A DNA stretch of 61,972 bases, filler included, from Basidiobolus ranarum (taxonomy: Eukaryota), in assembly GCA_040143965.1 (NCBI GenBank). It is 10 parts of 10 records of this genome, joined end to end, with 100 filler letters (N's around TTAATTAATTAA, not from the genome) between each part and the next. Parts side by side here need not be neighbours in the genome. Positions count along the whole stretch, not along the records: positions 1 to 6,126 come from JASJQH010008279.1; positions 6,227 to 12,348 come from JASJQH010008280.1; 8 more parts are not named here. One strand, 5' to 3'. This document shows, piece by piece, positions 1 to 12,448 of the stretch; positions within the stretch are counted from its first letter, which is position 1; each line of letters begins with the position of its first letter. The notes below the pieces were generated by a model. The model had not been told where the DNA came from and did not search any database. It was given only the letters and a program-made list of their open reading frames with translations. The position numbers were made by a program, and so were the translations under genes.

Positions 1-548
1 CAAAGTTGTCTGGACTTACTGGTTCGACCAAAGTTGCATTTAGACCTCCACAGGTTAAGATCCAACCTTGCCTCTATTTATATAGTATGTTCTTGATTTT
101 ATTTACAGAGCACTAATAGCAGATTCCATTACAGTAAGGCTAAGCAACGTCATGATCATGATACAGAGCCATAGTGATTACCTGAGGGTTTGCTAAAAAT
201 TTAGTATCTGAAACCAAGTAGTGTTTATCTAATGGTTTACGGTTCTGTTTGCAGCAATATTTCATCAAGAAGCTAAATATTACAGTGATAACGTTCAAAA
301 TCAACCCCGAAACAACGCCCTAACTGCGGAGTACGGAGCAGGAGTTGAATAACATACAGTGTAGTATATCTTTTCTATCTTTATATATAAGTTCTTCATG
401 ATAATGCTAGTAATTTTTATTATATGGACATATAAGCCCAAATATTGAACATACTAAGGATAATGCTATTGTGGCTTATGAGTGAAACAGTAGTTCCAAG
501 TGAAGTAATCTAGAGGATCAAAACCAGCAACCACAAAAAGCTATCAAG

Positions 549-1514
549 CTAAGTCAAATGTTCAAAACGAAGCTCTGATGTTTTTGGAGCTAATAGTGCG
601 CCAGAGCTGATTTTCAAGATTCCATTAGTATGGATTGAGTCCTTGGGTAGAGACCAACTGTATCGTCGCAGCAACATTGACAAAGAAACTCGTTGCTCCA
701 TCAATGAGAAGTTCATACCAATACATTGTCTAGAGCCATTACCAAAGGCTAACCAACTGTTCGGAGTTAACTTATCTTCATGTAGGAACCTTTCTGGCTT
801 AAATACTTCGGGGTCACTCCAATAGCTTTTGGATCTTTGCATGGAGTAAACATGTGGTGCGAATTTCGTTCCAGTTGGGAATAATTTGCCTCGAAACTCA
901 ACGGGCTTCGTGTTTTCGCGTATACTTAGGCTAGGCACAGGTGGGGCCAACCTCATTGCTTCTTTGATTATTGCGTTGATGAATGGCAGTTCCTTGGCCT
1001 GCTGCTCAAACGTAGGATATACTCTAGGGTCATCTCCAAGTACAGAGCGTACTTCTTCCCGGGCCTTTTCCTGATATTTTGGATACAAGGCCAAGTAGCA
1101 AAGAATCGAAGAAAGAGAATTTGCTGTAGTGTCGTGACCAGCAATGAAGAAGACCAAAAGATTGGAACGTAATTCATCATCAGTTAAATGCTGGTCCTCG
1201 TATGTGGCCTTGATCATCAACGTGAGTAAATCAGCTGATCGTTCGTTGAATGTATCATTAGCAAGTTTCTCTCGATACTCGCGTCTCTTATCCTCGAGAA
1301 TTGAATATAGAAGAGTGTTGAAATCTTCCACGTGTGCCATTAGTCTTTTGATTTTGGGTATAGGAAATTTGGTTAAAATAGGGAAAAAGGCAACAGTAGG
1401 GTCGGATAGTCCCTTCATCAATTCCTTGTATAGCTTGAATCCTTGACCATCATGATGTCTCAACGCCTTAAAATCGTACTCGAATAGACCTTGTCCCAGC
1501 ATATCCAAAGTCAT
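549..1514 (-). pseudogene. Cytochrome P450, C-terminal ~320 aa only (5'-truncated or pseudogene)
   Basis: I-helix AGHDTT, K-helix EAMR (ExxR), PERF and heme motif FGNGSRQCIG are present. An in-frame TGA lies directly before MTLD, and I found no N-terminal exon(s) upstream. Confidence 0.8.
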
Positions 1515-2627
1515 TCATCAAACACCCCTAAACGATAGTAAGTGATAAAAAGTTTTTGGGGAATTGTTAATGAACCAGTAAATCGAATGTTAAAATCCAA
1601 TATTTCATCCACTTATGTAGATAAATTTGGATTTTACAATTAGGCAAAACTTGAGCTGAGCTACTAGAATCCAAAGATTAACATATTCTAACCGTGACAC
1701 GGAGTCAGAATAATAAGCTGGGAGTTAACTAGGATCTAGTTTAAATGATTCATTTGAAACCCAGTCTTTGCTTATTTGACGGTCTCAACGGTACTGCCCG
1801 AGACAAATATGTGCTTTGATGAGAAGTCTTTATACTCATTGTGCCAAGTTCGGAGTCAGCTCTGAAACCATTACTCTACTGCGGATAGTTGAGTATAAAG
1901 AGTGGTCACACCAAACAACTTAATTGATGAGATTGAATGAATATCGGTAGTATTTTATATGCGCACGAAGTACAAATTGCTAGATATTCTGGTTTGAATG
2001 TATGTATTTTTGTATATTGCAGAGTCAGTATGAGCTTCATTTATTTAATCTTCTCAAATTCAGTTACTGAATTAGCAAACGGTATGGATATTTTCTGCTA
2101 ATACTTACCTAAACTGTTGAAAGGTGATGATTCTCTACCTATATAGAAAATATATCAAAAATATATGCAGATATTCTGTTCTGACTTCAGTGACTAGACA
2201 AGACAGTCATAACTGATGGTACAAATTCATAGTTGATGATACCAGAGATTCACTAAAATTGTAAGCTGGCTTGCATCATATCGCATCAACTACACAACAG
2301 TTGGTTGAAGAAATTACCCCCTTTACCAATTGATGATTGCGTAAGATGACTATGTTATTATGGTCCGTTGATTGGTTAGATTTCCAAGCCTCCTTTAACA
2401 TTGTCATTACAAATAGTCTTTAATGTAGCATATATGCTTGATATCGCGGTAGTATTACTGTCCAACGATGTTCCTGCCTTACAACTGACTCATTGTCAAT
2501 ACCAGGAGACTTCAAAAATACCATATATGGGAATCCAGAGATCCAAGTGGCTGAAGAGATGTAACAGGGAGCATTATTGTTCCTCTAAACAATCGCTACA
2601 AAAAAAACCTCGTTGATGTACTCGTGT

Positions 2628-2685
2628 TGACGTCAGGATATTGAACCTAATGGAATGCATCCAAACTGAGTTTTTCGGTATAAAA
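2628..2685 (+). promoter_or_regulatory. Metallothionein promoter: CRE/ATF palindrome and TATA box
   Basis: TGACGTCA at 2628-2635 and TATAAAA at 2679-2685, about 45 nt before the ATG at 2730. Confidence 0.45.
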
Positions 2686-2729
2686 GCAAGGAATCTGACT
2701 TTCTTAACCATTCATCATCTCTCTTAACA

Positions 2730-3041
2730 ATGTCTTCCTCCAAAGCCACCATGAAAACCGATTGCTGCGCTGATAAATGCAAATGCGCTGATTGTAAATG
2801 TGACGCCACCCAACAGAAGTCTGGTGTTTGCTGCTGTGGAGATACATGTACCTGTAGTGATTGCCAGTGCAAAGCTAAGAAAGCCTCCTGTGGATGTAGC
2901 AAGAATTGCTTCTGTGAAGACTGCAAAGCAAAACCAAACCATTGTTGTTGCGGTGATAAATGTGACTGTAGTAAATGCAAATCGGCCGGCTCTCAGTGTT
3001 GCTGTGGCGATAAATGCCAGTGCAAAGACTGTAAGAAATAA
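2730..3041 (+). CDS. Modular metallothionein, 103 aa
   Basis: 30 Cys in 103 aa, Lys/Asp-rich, five repeats of about C-[CG]-C-x3-C-x-C-x2-C, no signal peptide, TATA box upstream. Confidence 0.9.
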   Translation: MSSSKATMKTDCCADKCKCADCKCDATQQKSGVCCCGDTCTCSDCQCKAKKASCGCSKNCFCEDCKAKPNHCCCGDKCDCSKCKSAGSQCCCGDKCQCKDCKK

Positions 3042-3362
3042 GGTTAAACTTCAATTCTTTTACAAACCTTCTCAGCCACTATAAGTACTTAAGCTCACAA
3101 GATTTGAACCGGGAATACAGAGATAACTCCTGTAAACATTGAATAAAGTAATCGAACAATAAGGAACTGTCTCTCATCAAACTAACTTTATTAGAATTAT
3201 GAGAAGTTATAATAGAAAACAAATAGGCTTCGATAAACTGAGATAAAGATTGAATATCAAATACAAATGTGATATGAAAATAGAAAGAATATCATATGGC
3301 TTCAGTTATTCGAAAGATGTAAACAATTATTTGTAAGCATTCACTGCAAGCAATCAGTCTGT

Positions 3363-4020
3363 TCAGAAGAAGCACAAGAAGACACCAGTAATCCCGAGAG
3401 CGACAGCAAAATGAATGGGTGAAATACGTTTAGCAGAACTCTTAGCTTTTGCTGGTTTATCCTGACTATCGGCGAGTGAAGCAGGCTTAGAATCACCAGA
3501 TTTCTTAGAACTTGATGGATCGGTACTCTTGTCTGTTGCTGAAGGAGTTGATTTTCTTGGGCTACTACCACCTGCATTCAAAATATCCGGGTAAGCTGGG
3601 CCAGATTGGTCAGTTACTTCAAAGTTAGTACTGTAATAGAACTCTTGCTTAGATCCTAAACGTAAAACGTAATCTTTGGCGGGAGGTAGAGTTTCAGGAA
3701 TCTTCCAGATATATTGACCATCCTTGACTGGAAGATCGCTGGCGACAGTACCGATCAGGGCGAGTCTAGTAGCAGATCCGGTCATTAGAACAATATCTAT
3801 TGTGCCTAGAGAGTCAGAGTCACCGGAACTCATCCTGTGTATAAATAAATCGGACATTTGTTAGTAATCGAAGCTAAGATATATATTTAAAGTATTGTGG
3901 TTACCATTCAATGTGTGCATCTGCGCCAGCTCGAAAGATGGAGTTCATTGGGCTGGTGATTTGAATCTCACCGAGTACACAGGACACCAAAGAAATGACT
4001 AGAACAAGAGTGGAAAGCAT
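3363..4020 (-). CDS. Ser/Thr-rich GPI-anchored wall protein with Kre9/Knh1-like N-terminal domain (exons 4020-3905, 3834-3363)
   Basis: Signal peptide MLSTLVLVISLVSCVLG, ITSP...IEW start, GT-AG intron 3904-3835 restoring the frame, motif GQYIWKIPETLP...YVLRL...YSTNFEV, S/K-rich linker, hydrophobic C-terminus. Confidence 0.8.
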
Positions 4021-6126
4021 GATAGTAGAGAAGGAAATGCTAGAATGATGTTCAAAGTAGAACTTCGATACAGCTTTTATACCTCTGTTCAATCAATTTC
4101 TTCTACTAAATAAGCTTTCGATCACAGAAATTAAAGCTTAATTCATTCGTAGATACGTTTGACGTCTGTGATCAAGCTAGCTTCATTGAATCCTAAGCGT
4201 ATATCTTGAAAGGCAGCATCATCGGACAAGATAGTTTAGTAATACAAAGTGATATGATTCTACTGCTTCAATGATTATTTCACACTAAACACGCAAATCT
4301 ATACATCCACTTACTGACTGATAATCAGTGGATAGAATGATTTTATCACTACAATTTAAACTTCAAGACAGACAGCTGATACAGATTCCAAGAGTTTCTC
4401 CTCAGACAGACAGTCGATATTGATTCCAAGAGTTCTTCCTTGTTACTCATCCTGAAATCCCTATTAGCCAGATGGAGGTCATCAATGGAAGATTCACTCT
4501 TCTGCAAGAGATATCAGCTATCTCTCTTAATTTTAAATCTCACAAGAAATGAAGAAACAGCACCAAAAGGGAAATGATGGAATATAAAGATGATTACATT
4601 AGTGTCAACAACCCCATGGATGTCTAGGAAAACAGTCTTCATAATATCCAGGAATAATACTCTGGCTATGAACATATTTACATATATGAATACTTAGTAC
4701 GAAGCTTTTGAATGGAATACATATATGGTGAAGATAATTAATCTATGGCCAGGATAGGGCCAGGATACAGAAAGTTCTCTTGACATGGTATTACGCTGCT
4801 GCCTGTGCAAATAGTGTAGCAAAAACAGGTTAGCTAAGGCTGAAGAATTACTAAACGTTGGCACTAACTGGTAAATAATTTCGTACTTGAGTAACGTTAC
4901 ATGATTAATATTATTGCAGAGTATTACCAGTTATTGAAGCACAAAATCATCACGAAATCATCGCTCATGAATCATGTATGGAGCATTATTATTAGCCGAA
5001 GAAAGGCTAGGTATCAGGAATACGAACAGCCAACAAACCGCCATAATATCCAGTTTCTAATTACCAAAAGCCTGGTACAGCAAGAACCTTAAGTAAAAAC
5101 TTGGAGTACTTGAAATAAATAGCATTATTCTATAAAAGGTACATACCACTTGACTTGCATCAGTCAGCCAAGTTGCCTATTCTCGTGTGACAAATAAACG
5201 GAAAACCTTATTGCATGCTATAGGCTGCTCCAAGGTTCCAACAACCAATGAAAAGTTGTGGCTAATAAATTCAAACTTGAATACAATACTGCACATGCAG
5301 CAGAGTCTGGGTATGCACAGTCTATATGCTAGAAATCGACTTCAAAATGTGAACATGAAACAGTGGCAAATATGAGTACCAAAGATATCACAATACGCAT
5401 GTAAAGCTCTCTTGGAAGAGTCCCCTATTCTTTCTTGTATCATTGGCTTAAAAGCAGGTTTACCCTACTCTGCTTTCCTACGCATGTAGTTATTACAGTT
5501 TGAGGAGGCACACTCCTAACCATCCGCTTTTGTTCCACATTTCACCTTCATTCTTTCCAAGATAAACCCACTAGAGATAACATGGAGTATCTGCTGAAGC
5601 ATCTACTAGATGCAATTTGAACTATCCTTGTTGATTTTTCCGGACTTTCATACACTTTATATTTATGGATGACATAGTCAGCCGACAACAATGTCTTGTA
5701 TTATGGAATTGAAGTCACAGAACATCACCACTCACAAATGACATCAATGCTAGATTTGAGACAAGCGGAACGCATTATGCACATTCAGTGTTAAATCTTG
5801 CATGAGATAAGAGAAAATCGTTGCTGCTAAATAATGGATCCACCTAGATCTACCACTGGCCCAACTTCTGTTTCTACTTGCGTTATGAATCTTCGGTCTT
5901 CAGTTATAAATTAAAATCTCACTCGTTGGTGTCCATTCCTTACTGTGTCCACTCCCTGGCATTGTTATTGTGTGTATCCTGTACTGTACATCTCCCATCA
6001 ATATCAAACAAGTTATGATGCCAAGTTTCTGGACAAACCGGTAATACATAGAGGGAAATAGCGTGGTAAATTCTGGTTTAGCTGGTAATATGTAGCCACT
6101 TTAGGTGAATGAACCTGGCTCAACAT

Positions 6127-6226
6127 NNNNNNNNNNNNNNNNNNNNNNNNNNNNNNNNNNNNNNNNNNNNTTAATTAATTAANNNNNNNNNNNNNNNNNN
6201 NNNNNNNNNNNNNNNNNNNNNNNNNN
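6127..6226. other. Artificial contig spacer N44-TTAATTAATTAA-N44 (also 12349-12448, 18567-18666, 24779-24878, 30989-31088, 37196-37295, 43394-43493, 49590-49689, 55782-55881)
   Basis: The identical 100-bp linker with stops in all frames occurs nine times, and contig lengths decrease monotonically. Confidence 0.98.
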
Positions 6227-6543
6227 CGTGGGTTACTAATACTAAAGCTGCTGGAGACCTCCCCTTGACAAGCACAGAGCTGCTGACTGCTGTCGAGACG
6301 GTAATATCAAGAGCCACCAAAACAGAAGTGCATATCGTGACTTTGCCTACACGCAATGTAACCGAGTTCACCACGGAAACCAAGGTTAACATCGAAGTGG
6401 ATACTGTGACTGAATCCGTAAAACCTGAAACGCTACGCAGTGTTACAGATATCACGATAGAAGCAAGCACTACTACTATATACGATCGCATACAGTCTAC
6501 AGTATATGCCCCGGCCATTACGGTTTTTGAAAATGACTACTAA
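6227..6543 (+). CDS. 3' end of a Thr/Val-rich repetitive protein (cut by contig edge)
   Basis: Open frame from the contig start, T/V/E-rich like the 8627-10040 locus. Confidence 0.45.
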
Positions 6544-7760
6544 GATTGCCTTCTCTTGATTCATCCTGCTTGATGTGATACGCTTCCCCTCAGCTAGTTG
6601 GAAAAATTATCATTTACAATAAATTAATAAATTGAGTTTGAACATAAATTAATATACCGAAATTAACTAAGCCATACAAGGTCAATGGACAAGTTCCATC
6701 ATTCCAGCTGACTATAGTGCCTGAGAGTGCCATAGAATATCTATCACCCCAATACAGTACCATAGGGTGCCTGATCTGGATAAAATTGACATGCATTGGA
6801 CCCTAAATTATCAAATTGATAACAAAATATACAGCACTATAACTATAATATAACTCTACTATACTATATCATAATGGGAGGCAAGATAAACCAAAGACAG
6901 ATGGATGTGCATGTGCCATTACTATAGTCTGGTTCAATCACATGTCGCGAATGGGGGCTCGCTCTGCATTTCGATCCGCTTCTACCTCACTAAGGATGGG
7001 GCCCGTTTCCAGTTTTGGAGGTCCCACTGTCATATTCGGCTTCAATCCGAGTGAGGGTATATTGACCGGATTAATACTAGTGTCTCAGTGACCATTCTCG
7101 CATTCCATAGAAATACGAGATATTTTTACACTAAGGGAGTAGTGAGATACACGTAATGATTACACTAAACGGGTGGATATGCTTACACTGAACAAGTGGT
7201 GAGACTTCTTTGGTTGTCAAGTGGTCTTATTTCGCTACGGCCTATATTGGGCTCTTCTGATGTCAAACTTGATTTGGAATACTCCAAATAAGGAATTTTT
7301 TAATTTCCAAATTAAGCGTTATCCTTATTAATTCGGATAGCAAAAAAATGGCCCACGGTAACGACACTCCACATCGACGCATGAGCCTTCAGTGGGCTGA
7401 GTAGGGCCTTAGATAGATTATCAGTCATCTGATCTGATGAGCAATTAGTCCCCGATAGCGGGAAACCTTTGATCGGAGGTTGATAAGAGATTTCTCAATT
7501 GACCAATGATTTTGAACTCAACATGCGTGATAGTGTATTGGCTAGATATATTGGAATCAACTATTTGTCATCAGTGCGATGTCCAGGTACAACTAATATG
7601 GTACTACCAAGTCTTTTTGCCGGCGGAGGGAGTGAATTTTTTGCATAAGGCCCAATTATTTTCTTCAGCTAATCTATTCAGCCTTCCACAACATATCAGT
7701 ATTCTTGGTCTTGCAAACTGTGTAGCGTGCAATACAATCCCCCTACTTTGTATCTCTTAA

Positions 7761-8216
7761 TCAAGAAACGAAAGTGGTTGTGGCTTCTTTTTTCAATTGA
7801 AATAAAGATTTCACCTGCTGGTGATTGTCCTCCCACCACAACCCGTCACTCCATATAGGTGCCCAATCATTGAGTAGCCAATTGCCTAATACTATTATCT
7901 CTGTTCCAGATGTTCTTATCCTACGTCCCAGTATGACATTTGACAATCAGCATGCAAGGCCTCTCGTTCCATTCGGCCATGAAGACGGCATTAGATTCAT
8001 CCGATAGTTTTTATAGGCCGAAGTAACCTCCCAGCCAGGCGGCAACACACCAATATGTGTCAGAGGATCATATCTCACAGGAACTTCCAAGCTCGTATAA
8101 ATGCCAGTAATAACCGGGCCTACAGAAGGCCGGCCGTTCAGAAAAATATCGACGGCCCCTACTTGAGTGCCAAGATAAAACAGAGAGAGATGTACCAGTA
8201 GATGTTTTAGCCCCAT
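7761..8216 (-). pseudogene. Degenerate gene for an unknown secreted protein
   Basis: Signal-peptide-like MGLKHLLVHLSLFYLGTQVGA, TATA-like element upstream, in-frame TGA at 7947-7949 and 7761-7763. Confidence 0.35.
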
Positions 8217-8626
8217 CTTCGTTGATTGAATGGGTGAACCAAGTAAAAATTTATATATCACACTGGATCAAGTTGATTCCTGGAATAGATCAACCCTGCA
8301 TATCAGGTGTGATTAAAAATAGAAAGGTGCATGTAACTAGAATGGTTGTCTTATTCTCCAGCGGAATCCGTTGATTTTCCTTAGGACCAATCTGGAAATA
8401 TTCCAGAAATGGCCTTTTCTACCAATGCTGATCCTCAGGTCAATTTTAATTCGACACAAACTCAATTTTCCATTTGATAGCGCTGCTACCGTTAAATAAC
8501 AAAATCCAAATGATTCTAAGTAAACAGGTACTGATAACCTTTTATTTGGCAGTGAGTAGAGAAGTTGAGAGATAATTCCAACCCAGTTTGCCTAATTTCA
8601 AGAGATAGTGTGAAATATACCGGGCG

Positions 8627-10040
8627 ATGGGCACCTTTGTGGCAGCACATTTTGATCTTTCTACTGTCAACGTTCTCTATGGGAAAAAGGTTAATGCTGA
8701 TAAGGCGGCGACCAGTGTGCCCGATATTGTTACCGTTTACGGCACATATTGCGACCATCAGACATACACTGATCCTCCCTCTATCATTGTAAAGACTGAG
8801 CATCAGTACCACACTACCGATGTTACTTTAGGCTCATTAAAAAAACTATATGGGAAACAACACACTCAACCACGACCAAGAAAGATACAGTAAATGATAT
8901 AAATACCGTGTAGCTCACTACCACTGCTCATTCGGGGATAAATACAGAGCACCATACGGTTATCGAGAGTGTTACAAAGCATCAGACATTGACGAAGAAG
9001 GAATCAGAACGCCCTACGGTTTCGGGCCTAACAGTCTCGGATACTGAACATAGAATGCACACCGTAACTTCAAAGGTTACTATGCAACCGGTAGTCATAA
9101 CCCCAACAGTTACTGTGGCAGCACATTCTGTTCACCATTCAGGTGCTTCAACAGCAACTGAAAAGAAAACAAAGCAGCATAATGTTGCTTCTGAGGAGAT
9201 CAAAGAACACACCATTACAGCACCTATGGTGACCGGCAAGGTGACAATGAACCATACAGTCACAGCTTCAACAGTGACCGACAAGGAGACAAAGAACCAT
9301 ACGGTTACAGCTCCTACAGTGACCGACAAGGAGACAAAGAACCATACGGTTACAGCTCCTACAATGACCGACAAGGAGACAATGAACGATACAAGTAGAC
9401 TATGGATCACACTGTTATCAAGGAGCAAATCTCCGCAGTCCCTACTGTTACTGAAGACAAGACAATCCAGCATACCGTGACAGAGGAGAGCACCGTTACA
9501 ACTCCAACAGTCACTCCTGAGGTGACTCAAGAGCAAACTGTAACAGTGCCAGTGGTTTCTCGTAAGGAAACTATGGACTACACTGTTATCAAGGAGCAAT
9601 CCTTAACAACTCCAACAGTTACTGATGATAAGACAATTCAGCGTACCGTGACAAAGGAGAGTACCGCTAATGCTCCAAGGGTTACCCCGGAAGTCACTAA
9701 GGAAAAAGCTGTAACAGTGGTCACTGACACGGAGACAGTCGACCAAATTGTCGCTACCTTTACGGCCCTAACAATTACTAGCGATAAGACACTCCAGTAT
9801 ACTGTAACAAAGGACAGCACTGTCGCAGCTCCAATGGTAACTTCAGAGATGAATAAGGAACAAACTGACAGAACAGTCGCTACAGTTATTGTGGATAAGA
9901 CAATTCAAGATACTGTAATAATGGATAACACTCTCACTGCTGCTACAGTTACTACGAAAGAAACTGGGCAGCACAGTATTTCAGCTTCAGCAATTTTGAA
10001 TAATGAGACAATTTAGCATACTGTTACAAGGGGCAATCCT
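8627..10040 (+). pseudogene. Thr/Val-rich mucin/adhesin-like repeat gene broken by frameshifts
   Basis: Consecutive ORFs 8627-8893, 8989-9480 and 9402-10016 share xTVT motifs, with frame changes between them. Confidence 0.6.
9253..9387 (+). repeat. 45-bp coding tandem repeat x3 (HTVTAPTVTDKETKN)
   Basis: Near-identical units of the type CATACGGTTACAGCTCCTACAGTGACCGACAAGGAGACAAAGAAC. Confidence 0.9.
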
Positions 10041-10623
10041 GTTACTGCTACTACGACTGCCCGTTAATTCGGTGGATTTTAAGCAAATCGAGTGTGTATT
10101 CTACACAATATACCAGCCTGGCTAGAAACTAGAGAAGTCCGGGCTTAGATCCCATGAGACCATTGAGTGTAATTACGGCATTACAGATGATTAGTGATGT
10201 ATGAAGAGAATGCACCTTGACAGGTTTAGGGAATGATTAGTGAATACTGTTAACAACTGTGTGTAGAGTTTGGGGTTTGTTAAATAACTTTGAAATTTGA
10301 TATCCATTTTGATATTCACAAGTCAGGCTTGCTAAACTAGCCTAGGTTGCAAAATTTTTATGGAGTATTGAAAGTGGCAATGGGAACTAGATGATTTGCA
10401 TGATATTCACTCGATGTTACATTGTCAGTAAAGTCAATATTGGTACTTTTAGCAATATGTAAGCAGATCAGTGTGTAAATCATATTTAAGAAGGCCCTGG
10501 GCACATGTGTGCAAAGCTTGAGCTCTTTCAGACTTTTTAAATAACTCTATCCCTTCAGGACTTCCCCAACTCAGAAGAATTGGCAAAATATCTTACAAAA
10601 TTAATCTGGTCAAAGCTTGTTAC

Positions 10624-10972
10624 TGTTGAAATTAGCATTGCATAAACACCTATATAGTAAAATATATAGCTTAGTACTTAGTTATCTTATAATTCATTAA
10701 GATATCATCCATTATTCTCAATTGGAATTACCTAGAATATTGACACCAACTTAAAAGTTCTCAGATATATAAATTTTTCAAACCTGTGCTAGAAGCCCCA
10801 AACTTTGCATGCATGTTCCTGGGACCTTCCTTAACTCATTCTTCACATTAGTTTGTTTATTTCTTGATAAAACTATAAATGTCAACTGAATAAGCAATAA
10901 ATCAATTAGTGAAAACCACCCATTCTTCTAATTTCCCAGCCCACTTCCAACCGGCTCCCAAATGCCTTAACA
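10624..10972 (+). mobile_element. Solo LTR (~349 bp, probably Ty1/copia family)
   Basis: TGTTG...TAACA ends, flanks GTTAC/GCTAC form a 5-bp TSD with one mismatch, and homologous copies occur on four other contigs. Confidence 0.85.
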
Positions 10973-11909
10973 GCTACAAGCTACTAACCAATCCTCTGAG
11001 CATTGTGTACATGAATATTTAAATGCTAAAACTATCAATTTTCACAGCTTATGCCATGAAATTACTTTCAACTGAGCATGAAGAGATATTGGGGTATCAA
11101 TATTAGTGCATAGTTAGTGTTTATGTTGCCTGTAACACAAACAAGCTATTTCCTGGTTGGGATATTTAGATGTTGGAATAGGAGCTTGGATTTGATTTGT
11201 TTAATTTAGACATAAATGGAGTTTTCTCTTGTTGTTTGATGGAGCAGAAAAAAAGTATTTCTGTTGTTGACTGAACTTCATAGAGCTTCATAAAGAAATT
11301 TATACTGAAAGGTCCCAGAAAGATGTATGCAATATGTGGGAACTTTTAGACCATCTTAATAACTTCTGCCTTTTTTCAGGATCTTCACAACTCATAGCAA
11401 TTAGCTGAAATATTCCTGAATTACATTCTAATCCATATGGTTGGTGTAAGCTCATAATACATCAAAGAATGGGTGCTAAGCTGACTCTATACACTGAGGT
11501 TAAATATTGAAAATAGACTTATTGTTTCTCTAACAAGCCAACTCTTGTGCAGCACCACTTAAATTTGCTCACCTATTGCTTTCTTCAATTGACTTACAAA
11601 GGTATCTGTGCAGTTAATCATAATTGTTAATAAATCACATCACTCTATTAACTGTATCTCTGTTTTCATATACCTTTGATCAGACCTTATAATCTATCAT
11701 ATACTCATCAACCAATCAATATTAACTACTGATTCAGCTACTCAGACACAAGAGTCATAATTGATAATCTTTTATAGCAACACTTCAGCATATGCATCAC
11801 TTAAGAATCTATCAATCCAAAAATAAATCTCTTGTTTCATAATCAGTCATATATTTTCTTGGCATTGACTGCTTCTCTTAGCTATGAAAAGTATAAATAA
11901 AGCTAAATG

Positions 11910-12152
11910 TGTAAAAGTATTTGGGAGCCTGTTGGAAGTAGCTTGGAGCAATAGAGAAAATGGTGGTTTCACTTTTTCATTTATTGAGTAGAAGGTTTAT
12001 ATTTATATCTTTATCAACATGTAAGTGTTGAGATTAGCATTGCCTAAGCACCTACATAGTCATATATAGCTTTGTACAGAGTTATCTTTTTACTCACTAA
12101 GATATTATAAATTATTCTCAATTGGAATTTACTTGGAATATTGACACCAACT
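11910..12152. mobile_element. Two partial LTRs of the same family, opposite orientation (11910-12025 minus, 12026-12152 plus)
   Basis: TTTGGGAGCCTGTTGGAAG is the reverse of the LTR end; TGTTGAGATTAGCATTGCCTAAGCACC is the LTR start. Confidence 0.8.
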
Positions 12153-12348
12153 TTCCTATAAAGGTCAAAAGCACTTTAAAAGAATTGCAAAAGAAGAAAA
12201 ATGCACTGTACATGGAAATGTGGTAACAACAAAAGATCACTTGTTCATATCTGCTATATCTATGACTACCAACAAGGACTCACAGATGTGGTATATAGAT
12301 TCTGGAGCCTCCCAGCATTGCACAAGTGAAAAACATTGGTTCTTGAAT
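12153..12348 (+). mobile_element. Ty1/copia gag-protease fragment
   Basis: Translates to ...KDHLFISAISMTTNKDSQMWYIDSGASQHCTSEKHWFLN, the copia protease WxxDSGASxH motif. Confidence 0.85.
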
Positions 12349-12448
12349 NNNNNNNNNNNNNNNNNNNNNNNNNNNNNNNNNNNNNNNNNNNNTTAATTAA
12401 TTAANNNNNNNNNNNNNNNNNNNNNNNNNNNNNNNNNNNNNNNNNNNN

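Noticed and set aside
1..90. Minus-strand TATA, ATG (39) and GTAAGT donor as a gene start
   Set aside because: Only about 7 codons before the window edge; cannot be supported.
1960..1966. TGCGCAC animal-type metal response element upstream of the metallothionein
   Set aside because: A single 7-mer about 770 bp away is expected by chance, and MTF-1-type control is not established in fungi.
2633..2980. Gln/His/Leu-rich antisense ORFs over the metallothionein (and similar shadow ORFs over PHO84, the LPMOs and the T/V repeats)
   Set aside because: They are reverse-strand or off-frame shadows of biased codons.
549..4020. P450 + metallothionein + GPI protein as a functional cluster
   Set aside because: The P450 is truncated, and there is no functional link beyond proximity.
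4366..4500. Imperfect ~38-bp direct repeat (CAGACAG...GATTCCAAGAG) and an EVINGR-like peptide as a gypsy relic
   Set aside because: Too short and degenerate to assign.
7947..7952. Cys-TGA dipeptide as a selenocysteine (CU) motif
   Set aside because: More stops, including TAG, follow; there is no recognisable selenoprotein fold, and I see no SECIS. Ordinary decay is the simpler explanation.
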